Shown: positions 49,765 through 59,223 of the stretch, one piece after another
Layout of the letters: each line of letters opens with the position of its first letter
Numbering within the stretch: position 1 is the stretch's first letter
Virus record (IMG/VR): IMGVR_UViG_3300016665_000872
Location: 1 to 64,000 of that record
Origin: a virus
Reading direction: 5' to 3' (one strand)
DNA length: 64,000 nt
Program-made: the position numbers and the translations under genes
Notes under the pieces: generated by a model
Seen by the model: the letters and a program-made list of their open reading frames with translations, nothing else
What the model was told of the DNA's origin: nothing
Databases searched by the model: none

Positions 49765-50979
49765 CTAATAATCCCAGACCGCCGCAGGTTTTACGCCTGG
49801 ACGAGTAGAGAACTTGCCTCCATTGCGGGTATCAATGTGGATGAAGCCCTTGCACCGACCGTCGCCATAGCCGCCGCTCCATCGCTGGATCAGCCACTGG
49901 TGAAACTGCTGCAGTGAGCCGCCCACCGGATAGATATCCAGCGCCATGCCCTTGACGTGATAGCTATTGGCAACACCGCCGACCTCGCGATTAATCGGCT
50001 CAGGTCTATAGCCACTGGTCACCCCAAGAGGGCCATTCCAGGCCACACGAATCGCATCAAACTCCTTGCAGATCGCCAGGATTGCTTTCTCTTCGGCGCT
50101 GCCGGGCTTAGGCCTGCGCCGGGCGTCGTATTGCAGCACCTCGCCGACAGTGATGTACTGGCCGACGGGGGCTGAGAAGTCCGCCCAGTTCACCGCAGCG
50201 CCTGGGGTGGGCTTTGCTCCAGCTGGCTTGATAGCGCCCCAGTGGGGTGTAAATGCTGCCCAGTGCTCGCCGTCCTCCAGTGTGAACCAGGCGTGGGTGT
50301 CGCCTGCGATCTCTTCCACTTTTGAGACCACGATCTCAGCGCCCTCCTTGTAGAGCTTCTTGCCGTGCTCCGAGAAGTACGCGCTTTCGATTGGCGCTTT
50401 CTTCAGGTAGGTCTCGTGATTGGCCTTGAAGCGCAGCATGCCGCCTCCTTCCGAATTCCAGATGTTTGCTTCCGCCTGGCGGCGGTTCACTAAGCCATCG
50501 AGCGTCTTACCGCCCGCCTTGACGTAAAGCAGCAGCGCCGATTCCATCTGTGCGTACGCGGCTGGATTGCTGGCCCCATCGCGCAGGACGCGGCTGATGG
50601 TCTCGAAGCCCGCAGCCCCGTAGAACCTGGCGCCCATATTCCAGGCGAAGCTCAGCAGCACGGCTTGCCGCTGGGGGCCGAATTGCGCCCAACCCGGAAT
50701 CCGTTCCTGCGGCGGCAGGAACTCCTGGCGCAGCATTTGCTCGAGGTAGCCGCGGCAAATCCTCATGTCGCAGATGTCGCCCATCCGCACCGGTATCCCG
50801 TTGGGATAACGGGTCAGCCCAGCGCAGATCGTGGGGACGCCCACCGCATCCAGGTAGGCCTCGGTCTCGATGCCCTCGAACTTCTCGATCAGCTCGATGG
50901 CGCGCGGGAGAGTATCAGGATGCGTCGCCATGGGTGGATGCAAACCTGAAGTTCCAGCGCGGTGGCATTTCCTCCCCAT
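49765..50979 (-). CDS. cell-wall hydrolase: GH24 lysozyme + M15 peptidase domains
   Basis: IEKFEGIETEAYLDAVGVPTICAGLT (T4-lysozyme-type E/D/T). C-terminal SGYRPEPINREVGGVANSYHVKGMALDI and GFIHIDTR (peptidase M15). The likely start is ATG 50931. Confidence 0.8.
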   Translation of the reverse strand: MGRKCHRAGTSGLHPPMATHPDTLPRAIELIEKFEGIETEAYLDAVGVPTICAGLTRYPNGIPVRMGDICDMRICRGYLEQMLRQEFLPPQERIPGWAQFGPQRQAVLLSFAWNMGARFYGAAGFETISRVLRDGASNPAAYAQMESALLLYVKAGGKTLDGLVNRRQAEANIWNSEGGGMLRFKANHETYLKKAPIESAYFSEHGKKLYKEGAEIVVSKVEEIAGDTHAWFTLEDGEHWAAFTPHWGAIKPAGAKPTPGAAVNWADFSAPVGQYITVGEVLQYDARRRPKPGSAEEKAILAICKEFDAIRVAWNGPLGVTSGYRPEPINREVGGVANSYHVKGMALDIYPVGGSLQQFHQWLIQRWSGGYGDGRCKGFIHIDTRNGGKFSTRPGVKPAAVWDY

Positions 50980-51172
50980 CGAGGACCTTGAGCCCTTGGG
51001 TCAGTGCTGCCTGCTCCGAGAGTCCGCTGCTGCGAAGTTGGGTCACCAATTCCGCCAGCTGCTCCATTCGGGCAATCTGATGAGCTACCTCCTCCTGACG
51101 CGAAGATGCCCCAGCGATGTGACTCGCCAGGGCATCTAAAACATCAGATCGGGCGGCAAGCCGCATGGGCAA
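50915..51172 (-). CDS. hypothetical protein
   Basis: 85-aa helical ORF. Confidence 0.45.
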   Translation of the reverse strand: MPMRLAARSDVLDALASHIAGASSRQEEVAHQIARMEQLAELVTQLRSSGLSEQAALTQGLKVLDGEEMPPRWNFRFASTHGDAS

Positions 51173-51221
51173 CAGCGCGCTCCGTTCAATCTAGCGGTCC
51201 CAGATCTTGCGGAGTGAACGC

Positions 51222-51566
51222 TCAGGCCATCCCGATTTGCTGCAGGATCGCGACCCGAGGATCCATGCCAGCCGGAGCATTGGCGCCCATGGCGAGGACT
51301 CCTTGGGTGCCGGGGAGCTGGTTGGGTCCAGCGGTTTGCTTCACCATCTCTTTGGCCGTGGTGGCCATGGTGCTGGCAACGCTCTGCTGGGCCGTGGCGT
51401 CCTGCTGGGCTGCCGCGATGGCCTGCGGCATCTGGGTAACGCCGCGGGACTGGGCGATCGACTGCTGCTGATGCATGGCCAGCTCCAGTTGCTGAGCACT
51501 GGGTTTGCCGGGGGCGTTGTTCAGTAGCGCCGCGTCGCGATTCATGATGCCGGGGGGCTTGATCAT
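51222..51566 (-). CDS. hypothetical protein
   Basis: 114-aa Q/A/M-rich ORF. Confidence 0.55.
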   Translation of the reverse strand: MIKPPGIMNRDAALLNNAPGKPSAQQLELAMHQQQSIAQSRGVTQMPQAIAAAQQDATAQQSVASTMATTAKEMVKQTAGPNQLPGTQGVLAMGANAPAGMDPRVAILQQIGMA

Positions 51567-51568
51567 GA

Positions 51569-52594
51569 TCAGCCCTCCGAGACCAGGACTTTGCTGCGCA
51601 GTGCCTCGGGAGTCGCGGCCTGGGCCAGGAATTGAGCGGCGGCCGAGGGGTTGCGGTCCATCAGCGCCGAGAAGGTGCCCCAGAACTCATCGCCACCGCT
51701 GGCGGCCTGGACGCCAGGAGCGGGCATCTCCAGCTGAGGGCGCTGGAACGAGGGGGCCGGAGCGGGAGCAGGGGCGGCCACGGGAGCCTGGCCCATGCGC
51801 TGCTCATTGGCGGCCACTTCTGCAGCCAGGCGATCGGTCATGGTCTCGGTCGGGTAAGGACCGTTGGGGCCGAAGAACTCGTTGACGTAGTTCGCCAGGA
51901 GGTCGGGATCGCTCAGCAGGGTGTGATAAGCCGCGTTGTCCTCAGCAGCGGCGGTAATCACCGTGTGGGAATTCTGCAGCTGCCCCTGGAGGGTCTGCAC
52001 GGCCTGGAGGGCCTCGGCAGTTTGACGGGCCTGAGCCAGGAGGGCATCCTCCACGACGCAGGCGTAGCGGTTCAGCAGTGCCGGGGCCTCAGCGCCGAAG
52101 TGCTGCAGGACCTCAAGACTTTCGCCGCTGACGCTCTCGAGATACCCGTCGCTCGCGGCTCCGGTCGGCGCGCTGCTGTAGCTCGGTGCCACTTGCGGCG
52201 TCGCCGGGGAATAGGCCGGCATTGCTTGGGGCAGCGAGGTCAGCGGCGCCGTAACGGACGGAGCCGCCTGGTAGCTGACCTGCGGCGAATAGGCCGCCGG
52301 GGCCGCCTGTTGGGTCGGCTGCCAAGAGGGAGCCTGGGGCTGGGATTGCTGTGGAGCGCTCAGACTGGCCAGCAGACCCTGGTACGCCTGCTGCCATGGG
52401 TTGGCCTGGGGCACCGAAACCGGGGCCTCCGGAGCCGAAGGGTAAGAGGCCGGTTGGGCTTGAACCGTCGGGTACGAAGCTGGGGCGCTCGCCACCGGGG
52501 TCTGCTGGTAGGCCGCGGTCGGTGCGGCCACGCTCGATGGGATCGAGGGTTGCGGGCTCGCTGGAGCCTGAACCGTCGCTGTACTGTCCTGCAT
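51569..52594 (-). CDS. scaffolding-like protein (start uncertain)
   Basis: It lies downstream of the portal. The N-terminal half is P/Q/A/S-rich and the C-terminal half is helical. The first 482 nt overlap the portal ORF in another frame. Confidence 0.45.
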   Translation of the reverse strand: MQDSTATVQAPASPQPSIPSSVAAPTAAYQQTPVASAPASYPTVQAQPASYPSAPEAPVSVPQANPWQQAYQGLLASLSAPQQSQPQAPSWQPTQQAAPAAYSPQVSYQAAPSVTAPLTSLPQAMPAYSPATPQVAPSYSSAPTGAASDGYLESVSGESLEVLQHFGAEAPALLNRYACVVEDALLAQARQTAEALQAVQTLQGQLQNSHTVITAAAEDNAAYHTLLSDPDLLANYVNEFFGPNGPYPTETMTDRLAAEVAANEQRMGQAPVAAPAPAPAPSFQRPQLEMPAPGVQAASGGDEFWGTFSALMDRNPSAAAQFLAQAATPEALRSKVLVSEG

Positions 52595-54332
52595 AGGTCA
52601 GCTCTCGCTTAAGGAATTCGAGGGCTCGATAGACGTATGGCGTCAGATCGAGCTTGGGATCCGCGAGCAGGGGGAGATCCGGAGCCTGCGGGTGCGGGAC
52701 CTGTCGCATGTTCTGGATCAGCGACAGGAATGTGCCAATGCTTTGCTGCGTGGCTTGCGCCATCCGGAATGGATAGCCACTGAGCATTGCACTGCGCTCT
52801 TCATCGGTTTTATCCGGGAAGAGATACCTCAGTGCTTCGATGCTGTTAACACCTAGCTCTTGGAGGTTGCGGACAACAATGCTTGAGTTAAGTATATCTT
52901 CCGTGGAATCCTCAAAGACAGGGCCCTTCCAGCGCCATTCCACGCGGCGATCCCCATCTGGAATCAAGCCCACAACACCGGGAGGCATCTGCCTCGCCTG
53001 AACGGCCTCGCGAATCTTGTTCTCCAGGGCTGCCTCAAACTTCTCCATGGCCTCCTGGAATGCCGCAACGGCAGCCTGGAATTCCTCCTTCGAGGGGAAC
53101 TGCTCAACCAGCGGCACTGGCGGCTTCTCCATCCCCACGGCCGCAGCAAAGGACTCGCGGAAGATCTGCTCCTCGTTGAAGATCACCAGGCCCAGCAACT
53201 TGCAGAGGCCGTAGGTCAGCAGTCCGCGGCACTTGCGCGCTGCAGTAGTGGCGGCCCGGCCGTAGAGCGACTTGATCTCGTAGGCCGTGGCACCGGTGCT
53301 GATGCCCAGCTCGTCAACGCCGCCGAGGGCATTGCGCACTTCCTCACGGTATTGCCGGGCGTAGAGGTTCTGGTCCCCCGATACAGCGTCCGGGGTGATG
53401 TACGCAACCCGGTCGGTGGCCTCGATATTGGCAATGATCCGCGGCACCTTGAAGCCACCAGTACCGCCTGAGCCAAGTGGTGAGCTCACCCGGGTGGAAG
53501 GGCGGTTGGCGGCGTAGAACCCTGCCTGGGAGCTGATCGTTGGGCGGAACTCTTCCCCGTTGCTCGACTCCACCAGGTCCTGCTTCGGCCGGCTCGAGAC
53601 CAGAGTAGGGTTGCCGTAGAAGGTGATATTGGCCCGGATATTCTTGACCAGCTCGTCGTGGGTGACGATCTGCTCGCTCAGCCAGTCAAAATCACCGGTG
53701 GCATCCATCCCGGTCGAGCGCATGTTGTTGAATGCCTCGACCGCCGGGATGAAGCCCAGACTGTTTTTCAGGGTGCGTGTCGTGCCAGCACCGATGGACA
53801 GGCTGCTGAGCCCCTCATCGAAGCTGGGCTTTTCGTTGCTGATCGACTCAATGATGACGTCGCGGCGGACCCGCAGCCTCACGTAGCGCACTGAGCCGGA
53901 CTCGCCGGGCATCATCAGGGCGCTGCCGGGCAGGCCGCTGCGCACCGAGAAGGAATAGATCAGATCCAGCTCTTCCAGTTCGCCCGCGGCGTCGTAATAC
54001 GCTCGGTAGTTGTCCTTGGCGAACCACATCAGCCGGTAGCTCTCGTTCACCGGCCGGAAATACCAGAGCCCCTTGCCGTCGATCACGAAGTCATCGATGA
54101 TCCCCTCGAGGCGGGCATCGATCTCGTTTTCTTCGATCAGATCTGCAAGGAACTTCTTGCGAAATCCAAAGGTGTCCTGTGAGGGGTAAAACTCCAGCCC
54201 CTGCCGTAGCATGAACAGTCGCATCTGAGCCAGATGCGAGTTCACGATCATGGTGTCAATTCCGCTGCTGCCCTCGCGTTTGCGCGCAGCTTCCAGGATG
54301 CGGCGGAATGACTCAGTGCGGGGCTGGCTCAT
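52113..54332 (-). CDS. portal protein (by position and size)
   Basis: 739-aa ORF starting 10 nt downstream of TerL. The low-complexity Gly/Pro tail overlaps the scaffold-like ORF. No portal motif was personally verified. Confidence 0.6.
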   Translation of the reverse strand: MSQPRTESFRRILEAARKREGSSGIDTMIVNSHLAQMRLFMLRQGLEFYPSQDTFGFRKKFLADLIEENEIDARLEGIIDDFVIDGKGLWYFRPVNESYRLMWFAKDNYRAYYDAAGELEELDLIYSFSVRSGLPGSALMMPGESGSVRYVRLRVRRDVIIESISNEKPSFDEGLSSLSIGAGTTRTLKNSLGFIPAVEAFNNMRSTGMDATGDFDWLSEQIVTHDELVKNIRANITFYGNPTLVSSRPKQDLVESSNGEEFRPTISSQAGFYAANRPSTRVSSPLGSGGTGGFKVPRIIANIEATDRVAYITPDAVSGDQNLYARQYREEVRNALGGVDELGISTGATAYEIKSLYGRAATTAARKCRGLLTYGLCKLLGLVIFNEEQIFRESFAAAVGMEKPPVPLVEQFPSKEEFQAAVAAFQEAMEKFEAALENKIREAVQARQMPPGVVGLIPDGDRRVEWRWKGPVFEDSTEDILNSSIVVRNLQELGVNSIEALRYLFPDKTDEERSAMLSGYPFRMAQATQQSIGTFLSLIQNMRQVPHPQAPDLPLLADPKLDLTPYVYRALEFLKRELTYAGQYSDGSGSSEPATLDPIERGRTDRGLPADPGGERPSFVPDGSSPTGLLPFGSGGPGFGAPGQPMAAGVPGSAGQSERSTAIPAPGSLLAADPTGGPGGLFAAGQLPGGSVRYGAADLAAPSNAGLFPGDAASGTELQQRADRSRERRVSRERQRRKS

Positions 54333-54341
54333 AGAACTATG

Positions 54342-57020
54342 TTAGGTCCACTCAACATGGGCAGCTCCGCGGCGCATAAGGCCTTGAACGACGATGTTCA
54401 GCGAGTCAGCGCAATCGTCGTGGGCCGTGTGGCCGAAGTTGACCATCTCGTCGATCATGCAGCTGAAGTCGCGGTACTTGTTGAAGATGATCTTGCCGCC
54501 CTCGAACAGGCCCAGGATCCCCCGTAGCCGCGCAAGCTTGTCACCGCGGAATCCCTTCACCGGCGAGATCGTGATGTTGTACAGCTGCCACTCGTTGAAG
54601 AGGATCCGCTTGAGGTCGCCTTCAAAGCTCTTCTGATACGCGACGACCTCCGGCCAGATGGTGACCGGCGAGTTTGTCGGGAAATACTGGCCTTCGTCGT
54701 TAGTGGCCAGCAGGTTCCACTCCAGCAGGAGCTCGCAGAGGGCCTCCACCTTTTCGATGTTGCCCATCGAGCGCATCCGCCGGTAATCGATGACATAGCA
54801 CTTGTCACCGGAGCGGCCGGCCAGCGTGAACACGGTCCAGTCATTCCGCTCGCTCATGCCAGCCGAGAGGTCGATCCCAACGCCAATCGTGTCGTAGACA
54901 TCGGGAACCTCGCCCTTGATGAACAGCTCGGGGCTGATCCCGAGTTCCTTGGAGCGAATCGGCTGATTCAGGTACTGGTATGAGAAGGCAACCCGATCGT
55001 CTGCCTGCAGTTTGAGTAGGTATTTCGCTGACCACATCGATGGCCAGTAGCTGCGGGGGCGGCCGTCATCGTCGTAGCTCAGCGCCGACTGGGTCACGAC
55101 GGTCCAGCCCTTTTTCTCATTGAAGGTCGTGGCAAAGAGGTCGTCGAAGTGAAACCGCGTTCCCAGGGCAATGGCGCGGGCGCCCTGGAACATGGTCGGC
55201 ACGATCACGTTGTTCCAGTTCGCCTCCATTTCCCTTCTGATGTCCGGATTGGCGATAGAGGCTGCACTCTTGATCGCGTCGTCCACCACGATCAGTGAGC
55301 TCCGTTTGGAGGTAATCGTGCCCTTCAGGCCGGCGCAAGCGACCGTGAAGGCGTCCTCGCCGCGGACGTCGATCTGGGCATAGTCAAAATCAATGGACCA
55401 CAGCTCATCCGAGGTTCTGACCTTGGAGAGGCGTACCGTCGGGAAGATCTCTTGGTATTCCTTCGAGAGGATTGTGTTCTTGATGGCCGCACTCTTATTG
55501 CGTGCTACATCGACGTTGTAGCTGACATAAAGAACGCGTAATAGCTTTTTGGCTAGCGCATGCCTTCCGATTAGCCACGCTATTAGTAGTCCAAGGACGG
55601 TCGACTTCGCCGAGTTTTTGCTGACGACATAGTCTTTGACGATGAATCGCTCGGACTCGTCTTCAATGGTGATGCACCGCACGTCGCGAGGACTGGTCGG
55701 GCGAATATCGATAATCGAACGCACCAATCCGCCATTGGATTTGCTGCTCACCGGACCCTGATACCGAGCTGCCTTGCTCTGGGAGTGAAAGGGCAGAATC
55801 TCATCCGGCAGCCGGATACCAAGGCGATAGGCCATCCGGCAACTGACCCGAGTCCCGTCGGCCTTCGTGTACCCGCTCTGATACGGCTTTCGGTGCATGC
55901 ACAGCCCGCCAAGCGAGCGTACAAGTTCAGCCATGTCCGAGACGAGCTGTTCAGAACTCGATCCAAAGCTGATCCCGCCGCGCGCTGACGGCTTCGTGGT
56001 TCCGTCCGTGTCAAGCAGCCCCTGAAGCAGAGCCATGCGCTGCCCGGGTGAGCCCATCAGGTACTCACTCGGGATGAATTTTTCATGGGACTTCGCACCC
56101 CATAAGCCAAGGCGCTTCAGCTCCTCAATCAGCACATTGGGACTGCCCTTGCGTCCAGCGATACGCCAGTCGCCACGGGTGCCGCGACTGCTGGATGGCA
56201 CCAGCTCATACCCCTCGGGGAGAGCGGCAATGACGCGCTCGACTAGATCGTCGTCATTCTTGTGAAATCTGACGGAGCCAGTTGTCAGGGCGCCATCGCC
56301 AATTAGAACGCCAAGCAGATACGGATCAATGATGTATTGCCTTTTCGGGTACTGAACTGGGTCGCAGATCGGCACCTGGTACTTGGCGTACCCGCGCGTA
56401 TCCAGCCACGGGGTTTCGCCTTCTCGGGCCTCGCGCCATACCGGCGTCACACCCGTGCGCCAATTTCCGGCGGCCCGCTCAAAGACCCGCGATCGAATTT
56501 GCTGGAGGGTAACGGTTCGCCACTGACCCTTCTCGTCGCTACCAATCAGGCGGACGTCCCAGCGGTGACTGTCGTCGCAAACCACACTGGTACCGTCAGA
56601 GAGGATCACCTCCCAGCAAGAGGTCTCGCCGTAATCCACGGTGTCGACTACCCGGGTCGGCTGCCCATTGCCGGCAATAACGGTGTCGCCCTTCTGGATG
56701 TCCCTCAGGGGCCTCCATCCCTCTGGTGTGGCGACCGGCGTATCGCAGTCGAGCGGCCCGCGCGGACTGAGGAGACACGTGTTCGGTCCGGCTATATCTA
56801 GGAGGTGATCATTGCTCTTTCCTGTCAAGAAAGCGCGGTGCCACTCCAGCATGTGCCTCGCTGGCGGCTTACCCATCAGCTCGCAGAAGGCCGCGAAGCT
56901 GTCCCGCGCCTTCAGGATGTGCGCAGGCGGCTCAATGACCACCTCAGGCTGCTTTTTGATTCCCTGAGCAGCCAGTCGTGCACTGCGCTGCCGGGCAAGA
57001 GCGATTGATGCACCAGGCAT
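54342..57020 (-). CDS. terL: terminase large subunit, interrupted by an intein
   Basis: Exteins: ..CLLSPRGPLD | SAKSTVLGL (Walker A), SSLIVVDDAIKS (Walker B), and nuclease motifs GIDLSAG and HTAHDDCADSL. The spliced product would be 514 aa. Confidence 0.9.
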   Translation of the reverse strand: MPGASIALARQRSARLAAQGIKKQPEVVIEPPAHILKARDSFAAFCELMGKPPARHMLEWHRAFLTGKSNDHLLDIAGPNTCLLSPRGPLDCDTPVATPEGWRPLRDIQKGDTVIAGNGQPTRVVDTVDYGETSCWEVILSDGTSVVCDDSHRWDVRLIGSDEKGQWRTVTLQQIRSRVFERAAGNWRTGVTPVWREAREGETPWLDTRGYAKYQVPICDPVQYPKRQYIIDPYLLGVLIGDGALTTGSVRFHKNDDDLVERVIAALPEGYELVPSSSRGTRGDWRIAGRKGSPNVLIEELKRLGLWGAKSHEKFIPSEYLMGSPGQRMALLQGLLDTDGTTKPSARGGISFGSSSEQLVSDMAELVRSLGGLCMHRKPYQSGYTKADGTRVSCRMAYRLGIRLPDEILPFHSQSKAARYQGPVSSKSNGGLVRSIIDIRPTSPRDVRCITIEDESERFIVKDYVVSKNSAKSTVLGLLIAWLIGRHALAKKLLRVLYVSYNVDVARNKSAAIKNTILSKEYQEIFPTVRLSKVRTSDELWSIDFDYAQIDVRGEDAFTVACAGLKGTITSKRSSLIVVDDAIKSAASIANPDIRREMEANWNNVIVPTMFQGARAIALGTRFHFDDLFATTFNEKKGWTVVTQSALSYDDDGRPRSYWPSMWSAKYLLKLQADDRVAFSYQYLNQPIRSKELGISPELFIKGEVPDVYDTIGVGIDLSAGMSERNDWTVFTLAGRSGDKCYVIDYRRMRSMGNIEKVEALCELLLEWNLLATNDEGQYFPTNSPVTIWPEVVAYQKSFEGDLKRILFNEWQLYNITISPVKGFRGDKLARLRGILGLFEGGKIIFNKYRDFSCMIDEMVNFGHTAHDDCADSLNIVVQGLMRRGAAHVEWT
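55614..56747 (-). mobile_element. TerL intein with LAGLIDADG homing-endonuclease domain
   Basis: It starts CDTPVATPEGW, has DDSHRW (block B-like) and LAGLIDADG motifs YLLGVLIGDGAL and LLQGLLDTDGT. It ends ..DYVVSKN followed by +1 Ser. It is 1134 nt and in frame. Confidence 0.85.
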
Positions 57021-57076
57021 GGCATCAATCTATCAAGTTTTTCCCTACTGCACGGCCCGGCGTGCGGCAAGGCTAC

Positions 57077-57586
57077 TTAGGCTTCCGAGTTCAGCTGGGC
57101 CCAGACCGACTCAAACGCGGACTCAAGCGCCGGCATGACGTCCTCGTTGTCCTTGAAGATGCTGCGCATGGCACGCATCACGCCGTCGGCGCCGGCCAGG
57201 ACCAGCCCTCGCCGGTCCGTGGCCTTCGTCATCCTGTCGACTTCTACCAGGTGACCGCGGAGCTCCTTGGACAGATGAGCGATTTTTGTGGCAGCGTCGG
57301 CCGGCTTAATCAGGTCAGCCGCGACCTGTTGCCTTAAATAGTCAATATCCGCCTCCAGCTTGCATACCTCGGCCAAGAGAAGCTCCCGGCGATTCAGCTT
57401 GCGGTAGTGCTTCTGAATCCAACGCTCGAGCTCAACAAATCCGCCGTGGTAGCCAAGCACGGAGGCATACAGCCAGATCTCGTACGCCGAGTAGGTGTGC
57501 TCCGCGTAGTTCAGGAACGCTTCCCGCCGGTCGGAATCCAGAGAGCTCAGGAAGACCCCAACCTCTCCTCCGCTCTCAATCGTCAT
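57077..57586 (-). CDS. terminase small subunit candidate (by position)
   Basis: 169-aa helical ORF immediately upstream of terL. Confidence 0.4.
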   Translation of the reverse strand: MTIESGGEVGVFLSSLDSDRREAFLNYAEHTYSAYEIWLYASVLGYHGGFVELERWIQKHYRKLNRRELLLAEVCKLEADIDYLRQQVAADLIKPADAATKIAHLSKELRGHLVEVDRMTKATDRRGLVLAGADGVMRAMRSIFKDNEDVMPALESAFESVWAQLNSEA

Positions 57587-58119
57587 CAGCCGTAGAAGCG
57601 AGCGCCCTGACTACGAATTGCGCCCCTGGCGTCGGCCCGGAGAAGCCGTTCTTGGTTGTACTTCTCGATCGTACTTTTCCGCTCTTCTGCGCCTTGGAGG
57701 CCGATCTGTCGCTCCTGGCTTTCGGTTGTTGCCCTGGTTGCGTCTAGTCCTCGATCGGCCACATAGCGATTGGTGTCCGAATCGATCTCCTTGCCGCGAA
57801 TTGCGTAATCGCCCTGCGTCTCTAGAAGGCCTTTCTGGATTGCGCCTTCCGCCGCCATGAGTTGCTGGGTGTTACCGGTCTTCAGTTTCTCCATTCCCTG
57901 CTGATAGTTGGCCAGGGATCCGAGGAATGCATCTTTGTACTGAACGGCTAATCCGGTATTCGCTTGGGTCTTGTAAATGTCTGCCAGGCTGCCTACAGCT
58001 AGACCCGTGACCGATTCATTGTCCTTATAGCGATTCGCCAGATCGGTAAGACCCTTGGAGCCCTGCTGGACGAGAGTCCCAGGCACCGAGCTCATAGAGC
58101 TATTGGCGTAAGAAGACAT
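57586..58119 (-). CDS. hypothetical protein
   Basis: 177-aa ORF. Its stop overlaps the next start. Confidence 0.6.
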   Translation of the reverse strand: MSSYANSSMSSVPGTLVQQGSKGLTDLANRYKDNESVTGLAVGSLADIYKTQANTGLAVQYKDAFLGSLANYQQGMEKLKTGNTQQLMAAEGAIQKGLLETQGDYAIRGKEIDSDTNRYVADRGLDATRATTESQERQIGLQGAEERKSTIEKYNQERLLRADARGAIRSQGARFYG

Positions 58120-58142
58120 TGTGCGGCCTCTCTAATCCCGAA

Positions 58143-58727
58143 CTAGGCGAACATGGCAGCGGCAAAAGCGCCGGCGCCAAGAATGCTATTCAGCAGTCCC
58201 ATGGTCTTATTATTGGCAATCTGCCTCTCCATTAGAGCTCGATCAGCGGCATTCTCCCCCTGCGCATATTTCATTACAGCGTCGTGGCGATTTGCGTCAA
58301 GATTGGCCAGGGCCATCTCGTGCTGCTGGGCGGGGAGCACGAGTCCCTTAGCGAGGTCGGCCTTAGCGCCAAGCCTTTTGATGTCGGCGCCAGTTTCGGC
58401 CTGTAAGCGCGTGCTGTAACTGTCGTCAGCTTGCCGCTGAAGTGCGCCCCTGACGGGTATCAGGGACGTTGCAATCGCGACGTCAGTCTGGCCGCCCTCG
58501 AGCCTTGCGCGCTGTGTCGCTTTATTCCATGCCTCGAACTTGTTGAGCTGATCCTGGGCGGATTCAGGATTGCGGCTAATGATCTCGTTCAGCCTTCTGA
58601 TCGTCGCCTGCTGCCCGAGCTCCTCAATCTTTGTAGTTGGGATACCTTTGAGCTGATTGGCCTTGCGGACAAGGCCAGCCTTGAGTACGTCCCCGAACAG
58701 ATTAAATACGTTGAGATCCTCGGACAT
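58143..58727 (-). CDS. hypothetical protein
   Basis: 194-aa helical ORF with a hydrophobic C-terminus. Confidence 0.6.
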   Translation of the reverse strand: MSEDLNVFNLFGDVLKAGLVRKANQLKGIPTTKIEELGQQATIRRLNEIISRNPESAQDQLNKFEAWNKATQRARLEGGQTDVAIATSLIPVRGALQRQADDSYSTRLQAETGADIKRLGAKADLAKGLVLPAQQHEMALANLDANRHDAVMKYAQGENAADRALMERQIANNKTMGLLNSILGAGAFAAAMFA

Positions 58728-58776
58728 GCCCCTGGCTACAAGCGATTCGCTCTAGCTGCATGCTAATCGAAATGAT

Positions 58777-59223
58777 CTACCCGAATAACTGCTGGAGGGC
58801 TGAGCCCAGCATCCCGCGACTTCCAGTAGCCCGCTGTGCTCGACGGGCGCGCTCGCCGTCCAGGAAGCTGCCCATTGTCGTCAAATTCGCAAGGGGATCA
58901 ATACGGCCCATCGACGTAACCTGCTGATTCCCGCCACCGCCGAGAATAGATGAGAGCATCGCCAGTGCACTGTTTCTCCGGGAGGCGCGTCGATTGTCCG
59001 CAGCGAGCTTGAGGTCGGCGTCAGTAGTCAGGCGTTGCCTGGCGTTTGCGGCGACCTGGGGTACGACTGCCTGCGCCAGGGCCATGTCCATTGCCGCGTT
59101 CTGAGCGGGAATGGCGCTCAGTAGGTCAGAGCTGCTTGTGCTCAAGGCCGTATTAAAGCCTTCCAGGATTGGCCCCTGTGGGCGAAAACTCGCGGCGTAG
59201 TTACTCGCTACATCAAGGCTCAT
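58777..59223 (-). CDS. hypothetical protein
   Basis: 148-aa ORF. Confidence 0.55.
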   Translation of the reverse strand: MSLDVASNYAASFRPQGPILEGFNTALSTSSSDLLSAIPAQNAAMDMALAQAVVPQVAANARQRLTTDADLKLAADNRRASRRNSALAMLSSILGGGGNQQVTSMGRIDPLANLTTMGSFLDGERARRAQRATGSRGMLGSALQQLFG

